Shown here: piece after piece, positions 8,206 to 18,692 of the stretch | Numbering within the stretch: the first letter of the stretch is position 1 | Layout: each line of letters starts with the position of its first letter | Assembly (NCBI GenBank): GCA_963693055.1 | Contig: OY843751.1 | Span: 6,112,001-6,176,000, forward strand | Reading direction: 5' to 3' | Origin: a bacterium | GTDB taxonomy: Bacteria > Zhuqueibacterota > Zhuqueibacteria > Residuimicrobiales > Krinioviventaceae | DNA: 64,000 nucleotides | Notes under the pieces: model-generated | What the model saw: only the letters and a program-made list of their open reading frames with translations | Databases searched by the model: none | What the model was told of the DNA's origin: nothing | Made by a program: the position numbers and the translations under genes

Positions 8206-10179
8206 TCAATCCATCACATCAACACAATCCACAACCAGCCGACCGGTATTGCTTTCCACAACAACCGCATGATATCCAACCGGCACATCTTTTAACGTAA
8301 AAACCGGAGCAGACGTCGTTCCCGATGGAGCGTACAGATCAACGGTACCCTTTTTCTCTCCGTCAATAAAGACATTTGCACTGCCGAATTCAGGACCTTT
8401 GGGAGACCAGAGAGTGAAACCCCTGCCGTGATAATTCCATTTAATTCGTCCGTTTTTTTCAGCTTTTGAGATGGCTCCTATGCCGTACCTGAAATACGGG
8501 GATTCGTCATTTTCCCAATCGTGCATAGATTGTCCCGCGCCTAACAAGCCTTCCGTATAGAGCAGGGGCGTTACGCTTGGTTTTGCCTTGCCGGTCACTT
8601 TAAATGAGTTTACCTGCAGGTTACTGTGTTTTTCGAGCAGTAACCCGAGTTTTCCGGATTGGCTTTTCATACTATTCTGCCAAAGAAGAGTATTGTCTAA
8701 AGTTATTTTCAAAAGATCATCTTTTTGATCAATATCCAGTTGATGTTTTGTTCTTTTATCGATCAACCCGGATGCGATTTGATGCGCATTCCCGGATTCA
8801 TCAACAGAGATGACATGCCAGGAGCTATCAGAAAGTGAGAATCCGCTGTAATGGGTCATGGATAGAGGATGCACAATGGCCCCACTCTGCGGTTTATTCG
8901 GACCTAGCGGTGCGTTATGTGCCCAGAGAAATGCAGCGCTGCCGGTTAATGTAAAGGAAGTTTCGAGTCTGAAATCTTGATATTCCTTTTTTACTAGAGT
9001 TAGTGTGGGACCATCGTGACTGCTGAGGGTGAATCCCTGTATTCTGTAGGGCTGCTGCCAGGGCCGGGATGCAATATTTATAGTCCCGAGATTCTCTTTT
9101 GTGCGACTGGGAAACATGACCTGAAAAGTATTATTTTCATCTACAAAGCCGGTAAAGGTTTGGCCCCAGATGCCATGGTATTCATTGGGTACCGGCAGGG
9201 AATGCCAAACCGATCCTGCTTGCCAGAGCTCCCAGGCCTTTGGATCCATGGCTTGTTCAATCGGCACCCGCTGTATCATCTGATAATTTCGATTGTTAGC
9301 AACAGAAGTAGATGGAGCATAGATCCAACCGTCATGAACAAAGGAGGGGAAATACTCCATCAACGGAGGCTGAAAGGTGTTTCCCTCTACATGAAACAGG
9401 GGAACCGGTTCGCTGTAAGGGCCTTCCGGATTTTTAGCGGTTGAGCCCACGAGTCCCCACGCAAAATAATGCCCCGAATCGATTATGGTCAACAGCAGCC
9501 AGTCATTTTGCCGCCGGACGAGGGTTGACGCGTAAAAGCGGTCGTATTTTTGATAAATCGGGTTGTTCAAGTGCTTGCCGTTGCGAATAAGCGGTTCAGG
9601 GGTGCGGTGAAAAGGTCCCTTCGGCGTATCGCTCCACGCATAACCCACACCGGATTTGCCGTCTTTGATTGTCTTCCAATCCGCATCAATTCTGACCCAG
9701 TCATAAGCCATGTGGTAACGTCCGTTATCATAAACGACTGAAACATCAGGCGCATTTTTAACAGGGATATCATCACCATTAAAATAAAAGGGCTCTTTGG
9801 AAAAGATGGGGCCCAGAAATTCCCAGTTTTTACCGCGATCTGTTGAACGAAAGATAGTACATTGGTGTATCTTGTCCGGTCCCATACCATATCCCTGAGA
9901 GTAATTCCCGACATAGATATACCAGTTTTTGCTCACCGGGTCCTCGAAGAGGAATCCGTTTACCGGCCATTCCAGTCCGGAAACCCCGGTATAGACCGGA
10001 TTCTCCGTATTGTGCTCAAAAGTATCAAAAGAAGGATCGCCCAATACCGGATGATGCAGCCAGGACTCTCTGTTTTTGGAACGCGCGTAATTTATTTTGA
10101 GGGAATTAGGATTTTGGTTGCAGCTTGAACAAAATGTAATAATTAAGACGGAAAATACAACAAATAGTAACTGTTTCAT
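8206..10179 (-). CDS. Secreted (probable lipoprotein) five-bladed beta-propeller glycosidase-like protein with C-terminal beta-sandwich domains
   Basis: Likely start MKQLLF at 10179 after GGGAAA. APDVSVVYDNGRYHMAY, AWSDTPKGPF and AKNPEGPY are GH43-like propeller motifs. Confidence 0.65.
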   Translation of the reverse strand: MKQLLFVVFSVLIITFCSSCNQNPNSLKINYARSKNRESWLHHPVLGDPSFDTFEHNTENPVYTGVSGLEWPVNGFLFEDPVSKNWYIYVGNYSQGYGMGPDKIHQCTIFRSTDRGKNWEFLGPIFSKEPFYFNGDDIPVKNAPDVSVVYDNGRYHMAYDWVRIDADWKTIKDGKSGVGYAWSDTPKGPFHRTPEPLIRNGKHLNNPIYQKYDRFYASTLVRRQNDWLLLTIIDSGHYFAWGLVGSTAKNPEGPYSEPVPLFHVEGNTFQPPLMEYFPSFVHDGWIYAPSTSVANNRNYQMIQRVPIEQAMDPKAWELWQAGSVWHSLPVPNEYHGIWGQTFTGFVDENNTFQVMFPSRTKENLGTINIASRPWQQPYRIQGFTLSSHDGPTLTLVKKEYQDFRLETSFTLTGSAAFLWAHNAPLGPNKPQSGAIVHPLSMTHYSGFSLSDSSWHVISVDESGNAHQIASGLIDKRTKHQLDIDQKDDLLKITLDNTLLWQNSMKSQSGKLGLLLEKHSNLQVNSFKVTGKAKPSVTPLLYTEGLLGAGQSMHDWENDESPYFRYGIGAISKAEKNGRIKWNYHGRGFTLWSPKGPEFGSANVFIDGEKKGTVDLYAPSGTTSAPVFTLKDVPVGYHAVVVESNTGRLVVDCVDVMD

Positions 10180-10481
10180 GGGTTTTCCCTTTTGTAGCTG
10201 GTGCGATCCATAATAATGGATGTCTGGTAACCTGCTATTATTCATATGTAATGTATTATACACTCCTGTAAAGTGAATATCAACAAGTATTTTATGCTAT
10301 TTTTTGATCATTAAATAGAGAAAAAAATCTGCCCACGAATAACACGAATCGTCACGGATGTTTATTTGTGTCTAATTTTATAGATTGATGATATATAAAT
10401 ACTTTGTTTTTTGTTACTAAAATTTTAATTTTGGATGTGAGATAAATTTTCCAGGGAAGAAGCTAAAAGATCTTACTTAAT

Positions 10482-11495
10482 ATGGGAACGAAAATGAAAA
10501 AAATCAGTTTATCAATACTTTTATGTATTTTATTTACTAATCAACTTTTTAGTGAAAGCAATAATGTCAAAGTAGTTGATGATTATAATCCTATTAGCAG
10601 GATTATGACAAATTTAAATAAATCTCAAAAGAAAGCAGTATTTAATAATTATAATTTATACAATAAAAAGTCATTCATATTTGAAAATAATAATTTTTAT
10701 GAAATTGACCAGGATGGAAAAAAGGTTAAAATTAATCATCTTGGAAAATATAATTTTGAAAAACCAATTCATGAAAAATGGGGTAATAGAGGTGATAAGG
10801 TGATCGCCTCAGTACTTACATGGAGTAAAGGCAATAAAAGCAGAGCGATTGCAATTTTTAGTTTGGATGGTTCAATAAATACAATTTTTTCTAATGATCC
10901 AAGCTCATTTGCAACACAACCCTGTTTTTCATTTGATGATCAATTTATAGCATTTATGCAAACAAATCCCGCAACTCATCTTTCAAATATCGTCATATCA
11001 GATATAAATGAACATCAAACAATTGTTGTTGATGAGCCTCAAGCTGGTAATCCTGTTTGGTTTAACCACAGTAATAAATTATTATATAAACAATTTCAAC
11101 CATACAGCAAATCAGATAGTAGGAAAATAGTTTTATATGATTTAGAATCAAGAAGCAAAAAAGTGCTATATGAAGGTGTTGTTAAAATGTCTTATCCCTT
11201 ATTATCTCCTAATGATTCATTAATAGTTTTAAGAACAGATAAAGAATCTATAGTTATTGATATAAATGGAAACATTGTTAAAAAATTGAAAAATGTGGGT
11301 GGAACTATGAAATGGTCACCCGATAGCCAAAAAATTTCATATATCAGAGGGAGTTATACTCATGATGGTGAGATTATTCATGAATCTTTATTTTATACAG
11401 ATATTAACACAAATATTGAGGTCGAATTAACTCCTAATAAAAATCTAAATGGTAAAAAATATATGTGGATGGGGAACAGCATTATTATAGAATAA
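10482..11495 (+). CDS. TolB-like (PD40/WD40-like) beta-propeller secreted protein, very AT-rich
   Basis: Signal peptide (start possibly 10494); PCFSFDDQFIAF, PLLSPND and WSPDSQKISY repeats. Confidence 0.7.
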   Translation: MGTKMKKISLSILLCILFTNQLFSESNNVKVVDDYNPISRIMTNLNKSQKKAVFNNYNLYNKKSFIFENNNFYEIDQDGKKVKINHLGKYNFEKPIHEKWGNRGDKVIASVLTWSKGNKSRAIAIFSLDGSINTIFSNDPSSFATQPCFSFDDQFIAFMQTNPATHLSNIVISDINEHQTIVVDEPQAGNPVWFNHSNKLLYKQFQPYSKSDSRKIVLYDLESRSKKVLYEGVVKMSYPLLSPNDSLIVLRTDKESIVIDINGNIVKKLKNVGGTMKWSPDSQKISYIRGSYTHDGEIIHESLFYTDINTNIEVELTPNKNLNGKKYMWMGNSIIIE

Positions 11496-11857
11496 TCTTA
11501 AATTTGTAATCCATAAATAATTCAAGTTTTTTTGAACCTGTTACCAGCCCTTATTATTGAAAAAGATTCAAGCATATTGAAAATGATCAGTACCAAGCAA
11601 AGCTGTACACTGTAAATGGGTATATAGAAAAATCTTCCCTGACACGTGCCCTACCAAAGCAAATCGTTTCTATCCTGATCAATTTTGCCGCTTTTTATAG
11701 AAAATTCAATTGCAATGGCCAAAAGGGGTTGATTTTGGCCCGTTTTGAGTGTATATTGCTATTCTTGATAGTTCCGAATTCACTCTTCTGGTAAAAATTA
11801 ATTCATCATAAATTGGTTTGTGCATGAAACGCACCAAACCTGAATCTCAAAACAGAG

Positions 11858-14434
11858 TTGATGTTTATGCCCACTATTAAACTGGATAACTGGACCCTTT
11901 CTTCAAGTGAAAATGCAGCAAAAGCAAAGATTTTTTCCACGCTGCAATATGATAATGCGAATGATTACAAAGCCCTCATGCCCGGTACGGTCATGGGCAC
12001 ACTGGTTAATGCCGGTGAATATAAAGAGCCGTTCAAAGGCACCAATCTCAAAGAGATCCCCAAAGACCGGTTTCAAACCTCCTGGTGGTACCGCACCGTT
12101 TTTGATCTGACAAAAGAGCAGGCTGGTAAAACCGTAACCCTGACCTTTGAAGGCATTAACCATAGTGCAAATATCTGGCTGAATGGAGAATGCATTGCCA
12201 CCAAAGAACAAGTTTATGGCACCTATCGTCAGTTCACCTTTGATGTCAGCAAACAAGCCGTATCCGGTAGTAATGTGCTGGCGGTTGAAGTGTTTAAACC
12301 CCAACCCGGCGATTACGCAATCGGGTATGTGGACTGGAACCCCTATGCTCCGGATGACAATATGGGTCTGTTTCGCCCGGTTATTCTAAAAACCTGCGAC
12401 CGTGTTGCAATCGACCATCCTTTTGTAGAGACTGTATTCCCAAGAGAGGATTTCAGTGTAGCGGAATTGACCGTTAATGCCGAGCTGACCAATTACGTAG
12501 ACGCTCCGGTAAGCGGCACACTCAATGGTCGTATTGAAGACAAAACCTTTAGCCAGGATGTTACCTTAAAAGCCGGGGAAAACCTTTTTTGGTCCCTCAA
12601 GGCAAACGTTTGTCCTGAATTGGTGATCGAGAATCCCCGTGTGTGGAACCCGGTAAACCTTGGCGAACCCCATCTTTATGATCTGGAGCTTGAATTTATT
12701 ATTGATAATCAAATTGCCGATCAAAATAAAAGCCGTTTTGGAATCCGGACCGTTAAAGATTATGTGAACGAGGGTGGGCACCGAGGTTACAAGGTTAACG
12801 GACAAAAAGTGTTGATCCGTTCCGGTGGCTGGGCTGACGAGCTGTTTTTAATGGAGACAGATGAAAACCTTGAAACCCAGATCGAATATGTTAAACACAT
12901 GAACCTGAACTCGATCCGTCTGGAAGGATTTTGGGGCAAAGATCATAAAATATATGACCTCTGCGATGAAAACGGCATCCTGATGATGGTGGGATGGAGT
13001 TGTCATTGGGAGCATGAACAATATCTCGGTAAACCGGTTGACAACCGCTATGGTGGTCCCGTATCCAAAGAAGATATTGCGTTGATTGCGGAATCGTGGC
13101 AGCACCAAATGCTGTGGCTGCGTCACCATCCATCCATATTTGTATGGGCAGTGGCCAGCGATAAAAATCCGCATCCCGATCTTGAACGCGAATATGTAAA
13201 GATTTTTGAAAAGTATGACACCACAAGACCCTATCTCAACTCTACCGGCGGGTATGGAAGTGAGCAGGGTATTATAACCGATCACGAGATTGTCAGTGAG
13301 ATCAGTGGATCGTCACGTGTGAAAATGCTGGGGCCCTATGCCTACACGCCCCCGGTATACTGGTATACCGATACCAAACTTGGCGGCGCCTATGGATTCA
13401 ACACCGAGACCGGTCCCGGAGAACAACCGCCGGTCTTGAAATCTCTAAAAGAGATGCTGCCGGAAGAACATAGATGGCCCATTGATGAGGTGTGGGAATT
13501 CCATTGCGGTTTGAACGAGTTCCGTCATCTGGACCGCTTTAATCGTGCCATGGAACATCGTTTTGGCAAGCCCGATAGTCTGGAATCCTTTTCCATGCGT
13601 GCACAGCTTTTGAATTACGAGCTGCAACGCCCAATGTTTGAAGCGTTTCAGGCCAACAAGGGCAGGGCAACCGGTGTAGTACAATGGATGCTGAATGCTG
13701 CCTGGCCCAAACTGTACTGGCAATTGTACGACCATGCTTTACGTCCCAATGCAGCATACTATTCAACCCGACTGGGCTGCCGTCCTTTGAATGCAATTTA
13801 TCATTACGGAGAGCATGCGGTTTATGGCATCAATGATTTTTTGTCAGAAAAACCTGTAACCGTGACAGTCAAGGTGTACGATTTAAATGCTAACGGTCTG
13901 TTTGAAAAAACAATTACGCAAACACTAGATGCAGACAGCTCGGAAAAATTGCTGGATTTGCCAACTTTTGATGAACCGGTAGTGCTGTTGGATCTGAGAG
14001 TCCTGGAAGTGGATGGTCAGGTAATGGCGCCCAATATGTACTGGTTATCATCCAAACCCGATGTTCTGGATTATGATACCAAAGATGGTCTGTGGTCTTT
14101 TTACACTGCAAGTAAGGAATTTGCAGATTACAAGGCTTTGAATGACTTGCCCGAAACGGAGATCAGTATAAAGGCCGGATATGATGATAAAAGCCGTCAG
14201 GTAAACATTGTATTGGAAAACAAGGGTAATGATATTGCTTTTTTCATGGAGATGGAAATTACAGGCAGTAAAGATGAAGAAATAATGCCGGTATTCTGGT
14301 TAGATAATTATATAACTGTAATGCCCAAAGAAAAAAGGGTTATTACAGCAACACTTGGAAAAGATGTAAATAGTATACCTGGTAAGTTAAGCATAACTGG
14401 TTGGAATGTTAAAGAAATTACATATCAATTATAA
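11858..14434 (+). CDS. GH2 exo-1,4-beta-D-glucosaminidase-like (CsxA-like) glycosidase, no signal peptide
   Basis: FGIR, GGW, LNSIRLEG, GILMMVGWSC, HPSIFVWA.ASD, KMLGPY, GFNTETGPG and WMLNAAWP motifs. Confidence 0.85.
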   Translation: MMFMPTIKLDNWTLSSSENAAKAKIFSTLQYDNANDYKALMPGTVMGTLVNAGEYKEPFKGTNLKEIPKDRFQTSWWYRTVFDLTKEQAGKTVTLTFEGINHSANIWLNGECIATKEQVYGTYRQFTFDVSKQAVSGSNVLAVEVFKPQPGDYAIGYVDWNPYAPDDNMGLFRPVILKTCDRVAIDHPFVETVFPREDFSVAELTVNAELTNYVDAPVSGTLNGRIEDKTFSQDVTLKAGENLFWSLKANVCPELVIENPRVWNPVNLGEPHLYDLELEFIIDNQIADQNKSRFGIRTVKDYVNEGGHRGYKVNGQKVLIRSGGWADELFLMETDENLETQIEYVKHMNLNSIRLEGFWGKDHKIYDLCDENGILMMVGWSCHWEHEQYLGKPVDNRYGGPVSKEDIALIAESWQHQMLWLRHHPSIFVWAVASDKNPHPDLEREYVKIFEKYDTTRPYLNSTGGYGSEQGIITDHEIVSEISGSSRVKMLGPYAYTPPVYWYTDTKLGGAYGFNTETGPGEQPPVLKSLKEMLPEEHRWPIDEVWEFHCGLNEFRHLDRFNRAMEHRFGKPDSLESFSMRAQLLNYELQRPMFEAFQANKGRATGVVQWMLNAAWPKLYWQLYDHALRPNAAYYSTRLGCRPLNAIYHYGEHAVYGINDFLSEKPVTVTVKVYDLNANGLFEKTITQTLDADSSEKLLDLPTFDEPVVLLDLRVLEVDGQVMAPNMYWLSSKPDVLDYDTKDGLWSFYTASKEFADYKALNDLPETEISIKAGYDDKSRQVNIVLENKGNDIAFFMEMEITGSKDEEIMPVFWLDNYITVMPKEKRVITATLGKDVNSIPGKLSITGWNVKEITYQL

Positions 14435-14444
14435 GGAGCACGAT

Positions 14445-15719
14445 ATGTCTGCATTAGCCATACTGGGAGGTTCTCCCGTCAGAGATACAAAAAATAAACC
14501 CTGGCCCAAATGGCCGGTATGGAATGATAAAGAAGAAAAAGCGCTGTTGGATGTATTGCATAGCGGAGTTTGGTCTTATAACGGACCCAAAGAAACTGCA
14601 TTTAACCAGGCCTTTGCAGAGTATATTGGTTCCAAATATGCTGTTTGCTCTGTGAACGGTACCGTTACCCTGCAGCTTGCATTAGAGGCCATGGGTATTG
14701 GCTGGGGAGATGAAGTGATTGTTCCCGGTCTTACCTGGCAGGCTACAGCGGCATGTGTTCTGGATAACAATGCTGTACCCATCATTGTGGATGTTACTCC
14801 TGATACCTGGTGCATTGATCCTAAAGCTATTGAATCGGCAATTACCCCACGCACCAAAGCTATAATACCGGTACATTTATATGGCAGTATGGCCGATATG
14901 GATGCGATTATGGAAATCGCAAACAAGCACAACCTGTATGTGCTTGAGGATGCGGCACATAAACAGGGTGGCGAGTGGAACGGTAAAAAAGCGGGCAGTA
15001 TTGGCCACATCGGCAGCTTTAGTTTCCAGTTGTCAAAACTTATGACAGCAGGTGAAGGCGGCGCATTGACCACCAGCGATTTTGAATTATATGAAAAGCT
15101 GGATGCCCTGCGCAATTGTGGTCGTCGTCCCGAGTCCGATTCCAGTGCATCCGCAGAAGAAGACGTTTATGGCAGCGAAGGAAATTTTATCCAGTCCGGT
15201 AATTACCGCATCACTGATTTCCAGGCGGCAATTTTGTTGGAGCAGGTTTATAAACTGCCAGAACAAACCAAAACCCGGGATGAGCAGGCCATGTATATGA
15301 ACAGTCTTTTGGAAAAATTACCGGGAGTTAAACCCATGTATAGGGATAAGAGAGAAACCCAGGAAGCCTATTTTAATTATGCGTTCCGGTTTTTCAGTGA
15401 CGAGTTTAAAGGCCTCTCTGTACAAAAATTCAGAGAAGCGCTGGGCAAAGAATTGGGTTATGAAGTGGATTCCTGTTACAATCCTTTGAACAATTGTGAA
15501 TTGTACACCCCTCATACAAAACCCTGGAGATACAAAATTACTGAACAGCACTGGCAGGAAATTGATCCCAAACGTTTTGATTTACCGGTAGCCACTCATG
15601 CCTTTGAAAATGAATCTGTTTGTTTTCATTTTTCAATTCTGGATGGTGATCGTTCAGATCTGGATCTGATGGCAGAAGCCATTGAAAAAATATATAAAAA
15701 CGCGGAAGAATTATTATGA
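14445..15719 (+). CDS. DegT/DnrJ/EryC1/StrS family PLP aminotransferase (RifK/BtrR-like)
   Basis: AAGGAG RBS; NGT..L.LAL, PVHLYG, EDAAH and SFSFQLSKLMTAGEGG (PLP lysine) motifs. Confidence 0.93.
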   Translation: MSALAILGGSPVRDTKNKPWPKWPVWNDKEEKALLDVLHSGVWSYNGPKETAFNQAFAEYIGSKYAVCSVNGTVTLQLALEAMGIGWGDEVIVPGLTWQATAACVLDNNAVPIIVDVTPDTWCIDPKAIESAITPRTKAIIPVHLYGSMADMDAIMEIANKHNLYVLEDAAHKQGGEWNGKKAGSIGHIGSFSFQLSKLMTAGEGGALTTSDFELYEKLDALRNCGRRPESDSSASAEEDVYGSEGNFIQSGNYRITDFQAAILLEQVYKLPEQTKTRDEQAMYMNSLLEKLPGVKPMYRDKRETQEAYFNYAFRFFSDEFKGLSVQKFREALGKELGYEVDSCYNPLNNCELYTPHTKPWRYKITEQHWQEIDPKRFDLPVATHAFENESVCFHFSILDGDRSDLDLMAEAIEKIYKNAEELL

Positions 15720-16738
15720 TAAACGTAGAAGAAACCCTGCGTTTTGCTGTAATTGGTGCAGGCTATATTGCCGGTTACCATACGCGGGGCATTCTGGCCC
15801 AACCGAATGCAGAAGTTGCGGTGGTTTGCGATATTGATGAACAAAAAGCCCGCAATTTTGCAAAACTTTACAAGATTCCGGATGTTGTAACAGATCCGGA
15901 AGTGGTTTTCAGTCGTTCCGATATTGATGCGGTTGTGTTGTGTGTTCCCAATGCATATCATGCACCTTTTGCAATAAAAGCTCTGGAACAAGGTAAAGAT
16001 GTATTGATAGAGAAACCTGCCACCATGACTTCGTCCGAGTGTGATGATATCTATAAAGCAGCTCGTGAGAATGAAGGCATTGTACTTGTTGGGCACATGT
16101 GGCGATTTGATATAGAAGCGCAATTTATTAAAAATATGATAGAATCCGGACAACTGGGCCCTATTTTTAAAACAAAGGGCTATGGCATCCATGAAAATTG
16201 GGGACCAGAAGGCTGGTTTGTAAATAAAAAACTGGCAGGCGGCGGTGCATTGATCGATATGGGTGTGCACGCAATTGATACCGTAAGGTATTTGCTGGGT
16301 GAGCCCAAAGCAAAGCGTGTATTTGCCAATATCAGTACTCGGTTTGGCGATTATGATGTAGATGATTCAGGATTGTTATGGATTGAATGGGAAACCGGTG
16401 CGGTATCTATTATTGAAAGTGGCTGGTGGCAGCCGCATATGGATGGTCCCGAGGCCGGAACTCAGTTATTTGGTGAAAAAGGTTATGCCAGTCTTTTTCC
16501 TACAAAAGTAAAATTGAAATTATCTGAGACACCCGGCGAGTTTAACCCGGCACCGCTTGATCCGCCAAAGCAGGAACATTGTGATCAGTCAATTTATACG
16601 GCACAAATGGAATATTTTGTGGAATGTGTAAAGGACCGTGTTATACCGGTTCCGGGGATCAAAGAAGGACAAGCCGTAGTACGTATTGTAGAAGCAGCCT
16701 ATCGCTCTTCAATCTCCGGTATGCCGGTAGAAGTCTAA
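15716..16738 (+). CDS. Gfo/Idh/MocA family oxidoreductase
   Basis: GAGYIA, EKP and GGGALIDMGVHAID motifs; ATGA overlap with the upstream gene. Confidence 0.93.
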   Translation: MINVEETLRFAVIGAGYIAGYHTRGILAQPNAEVAVVCDIDEQKARNFAKLYKIPDVVTDPEVVFSRSDIDAVVLCVPNAYHAPFAIKALEQGKDVLIEKPATMTSSECDDIYKAARENEGIVLVGHMWRFDIEAQFIKNMIESGQLGPIFKTKGYGIHENWGPEGWFVNKKLAGGGALIDMGVHAIDTVRYLLGEPKAKRVFANISTRFGDYDVDDSGLLWIEWETGAVSIIESGWWQPHMDGPEAGTQLFGEKGYASLFPTKVKLKLSETPGEFNPAPLDPPKQEHCDQSIYTAQMEYFVECVKDRVIPVPGIKEGQAVVRIVEAAYRSSISGMPVEV

Positions 16739-16965
16739 TTTTTTTTGAATGCTTTTATTTGCTGTGAGCCCCTCAGTATCATACCCAAACCAATCAGGGT
16801 TAAAATAAGCCCTGCAATCAGGTTGGTGATTTTACCCTGAGGGGTATCTGTAAAAAAAATTGCAATTAAAACAATCAATCCAAATCCACCTAAAAATACA
16901 CCCAATGCACGTAAAATTTCGGCATTTTGCAATTTAACTTGTATATCTTTGGATAATTCTGCCAT
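16735..16965 (-). CDS. Small two-TM membrane protein
   Basis: Start MAELSK after GAGAG; two hydrophobic helices; co-oriented with the SSS gene. Confidence 0.7.
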   Translation of the reverse strand: MAELSKDIQVKLQNAEILRALGVFLGGFGLIVLIAIFFTDTPQGKITNLIAGLILTLIGLGMILRGSQQIKAFKKN

Positions 16966-16975
16966 AATCTCTCTC

Positions 16976-17185
16976 TTAGAATATAGAATAAACAATAAAA
17001 ATGAACAGTAAATCACCAAGGGCCCATATTTTAATATTATGGAACCAACGCGGATTTTCTACACCTTCATAAATAAAACTCTTGGGAATCAACATTACTA
17101 AAATTCCCAGAAAGACAAAGAGTCCTAAAAATATCATTTTGGCCACGGGCATCGAAACCCCGGTTAACCAGTCAAAATTTAACAT
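16976..17185 (-). CDS. Small two-TM membrane protein (possible SSS accessory subunit)
   Basis: 69 aa, GGAG RBS, directly downstream of the SSS gene. Confidence 0.7.
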   Translation of the reverse strand: MLNFDWLTGVSMPVAKMIFLGLFVFLGILVMLIPKSFIYEGVENPRWFHNIKIWALGDLLFIFIVYSIF

Positions 17186-17201
17186 CTTCTCTCCATCCTC
17201 T

Positions 17202-18692
17202 CTATTTAACAGTTAATCTGTAAACCAGCCCGGACAATTCTTCATCCGATTTGGGTTTGGTTAACAGGCTTACAACAAATGTTATTACAAATCCGGCAAC
17301 AAATGACCACCATGAAACATACAGGAAGGGGTCTTCAATGGTAAAGAGTTGCGCCTTGAATACATACAGGGATATGGAAACCATAATACCCAGAACCAGG
17401 CCTGAAAAAGCGCCCCAGGGAGTAGTACGTTTCCAGAAAATACCGAGGAACAGTATAGAAAAAACCGGTCCCTGGAAAAAGGATAAAAAGGTTTGAATTG
17501 CGACATAAATACCGGGAAAAGCGTTACTTACCGGTGAAGTGATAACGCCAAAGAGCAGGATCACAACCGTAGTAACCCGACCAACAATCAAATAATGGTC
17601 ATCGTGTGCATCTTTTTTGATATATTTTTGGTAAATGTCCTTAGTCCACAAAGTTGCCGTTGAATTCAACATGGAATCGATAGAAGACATTAATCCGGCC
17701 ATAAACGCAGCGAATAAAAGTCCGCTCAAACCGGGAGGGAGAAGGGTGCGGATCAGCATGGGAAAAGCTTCGTCACCGTTTTCAAGTCCCGGATTCATAA
17801 CAATTGCCAACAGTCCCGGAAAAAGCACCAAAAACGGAATAAACATTTTGAAAAACGCACCAAATACCATACTCATTTTAGCATGCCATTCATTTTTTGC
17901 AGACAGGCATCGTTGTACAATTGTCTGGTTACCAATCATATAAGCATTTGCCATAACAAAGGTTAATCCAAACAGAATACCTGTCCAGGGGAATGGTGTT
18001 GACGTATCTACCGGTTGTATAAGATCAAAATGATGTTTGTATTCCGGTCCCATGGATGATATTTTTTCAACCAGATTTTCCCATCCACCAATATGGTGAA
18101 TCCCTAAAAATACAAGAGCAAATCCACCCACAAACATGATAACCATTTGTACTACATCGGTCATAATTACTGCAGCAAGACCACCTGATGTGGTGTAAAA
18201 ACCAACAATAGCAGCAGTGAGGATGATGGAGACCCAAACCGGCCAGCCCATTAGGGTTTTCAGCAATACAGCGGTTGCCCAGAACAATACTCCCAGGTTG
18301 AAAGCAAAAAAGACGATCCAGGTGATGGCTGCCACCATCCGTACAGAATCGTTATAGCGTCTGCCTAGATATTCGGGAATGGTATAAACTCCGGCTTTCC
18401 AGAAATAGGGAACAAAAACCAGCGCTGCAAGTAGCATTGCCGGTACAGAGCCGATCCAGTCAAAGTTACCTACTGAAATTCCAAAACGATAAGCTTGTCC
18501 TGAAACACCTACAAAGTCAAGTGCGCCAATATCAGACACAACAATGGACATTCCAATTGCCCAAAACGGCAGCGTTCTTCCGGCAAGGAAAAATTCGCTT
18601 GAGGAATGCACAAACTTTTTAAAATAGATTCCCAGGAACATGATTCCAACCAGATAGGAAAGAACCACGAAATAATCAATTCCACTTAACAT
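17202..18692 (-). CDS. Sodium:solute symporter (SSS family)
   Basis: FFLAGR, TIPEYL.RRY, GGLAAV..TD..Q, QTIVQRCL and MSSIDS.LNS motifs. Confidence 0.95.
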   Translation of the reverse strand: MLSGIDYFVVLSYLVGIMFLGIYFKKFVHSSSEFFLAGRTLPFWAIGMSIVVSDIGALDFVGVSGQAYRFGISVGNFDWIGSVPAMLLAALVFVPYFWKAGVYTIPEYLGRRYNDSVRMVAAITWIVFFAFNLGVLFWATAVLLKTLMGWPVWVSIILTAAIVGFYTTSGGLAAVIMTDVVQMVIMFVGGFALVFLGIHHIGGWENLVEKISSMGPEYKHHFDLIQPVDTSTPFPWTGILFGLTFVMANAYMIGNQTIVQRCLSAKNEWHAKMSMVFGAFFKMFIPFLVLFPGLLAIVMNPGLENGDEAFPMLIRTLLPPGLSGLLFAAFMAGLMSSIDSMLNSTATLWTKDIYQKYIKKDAHDDHYLIVGRVTTVVILLFGVITSPVSNAFPGIYVAIQTFLSFFQGPVFSILFLGIFWKRTTPWGAFSGLVLGIMVSISLYVFKAQLFTIEDPFLYVSWWSFVAGFVITFVVSLLTKPKSDEELSGLVYRLTVK

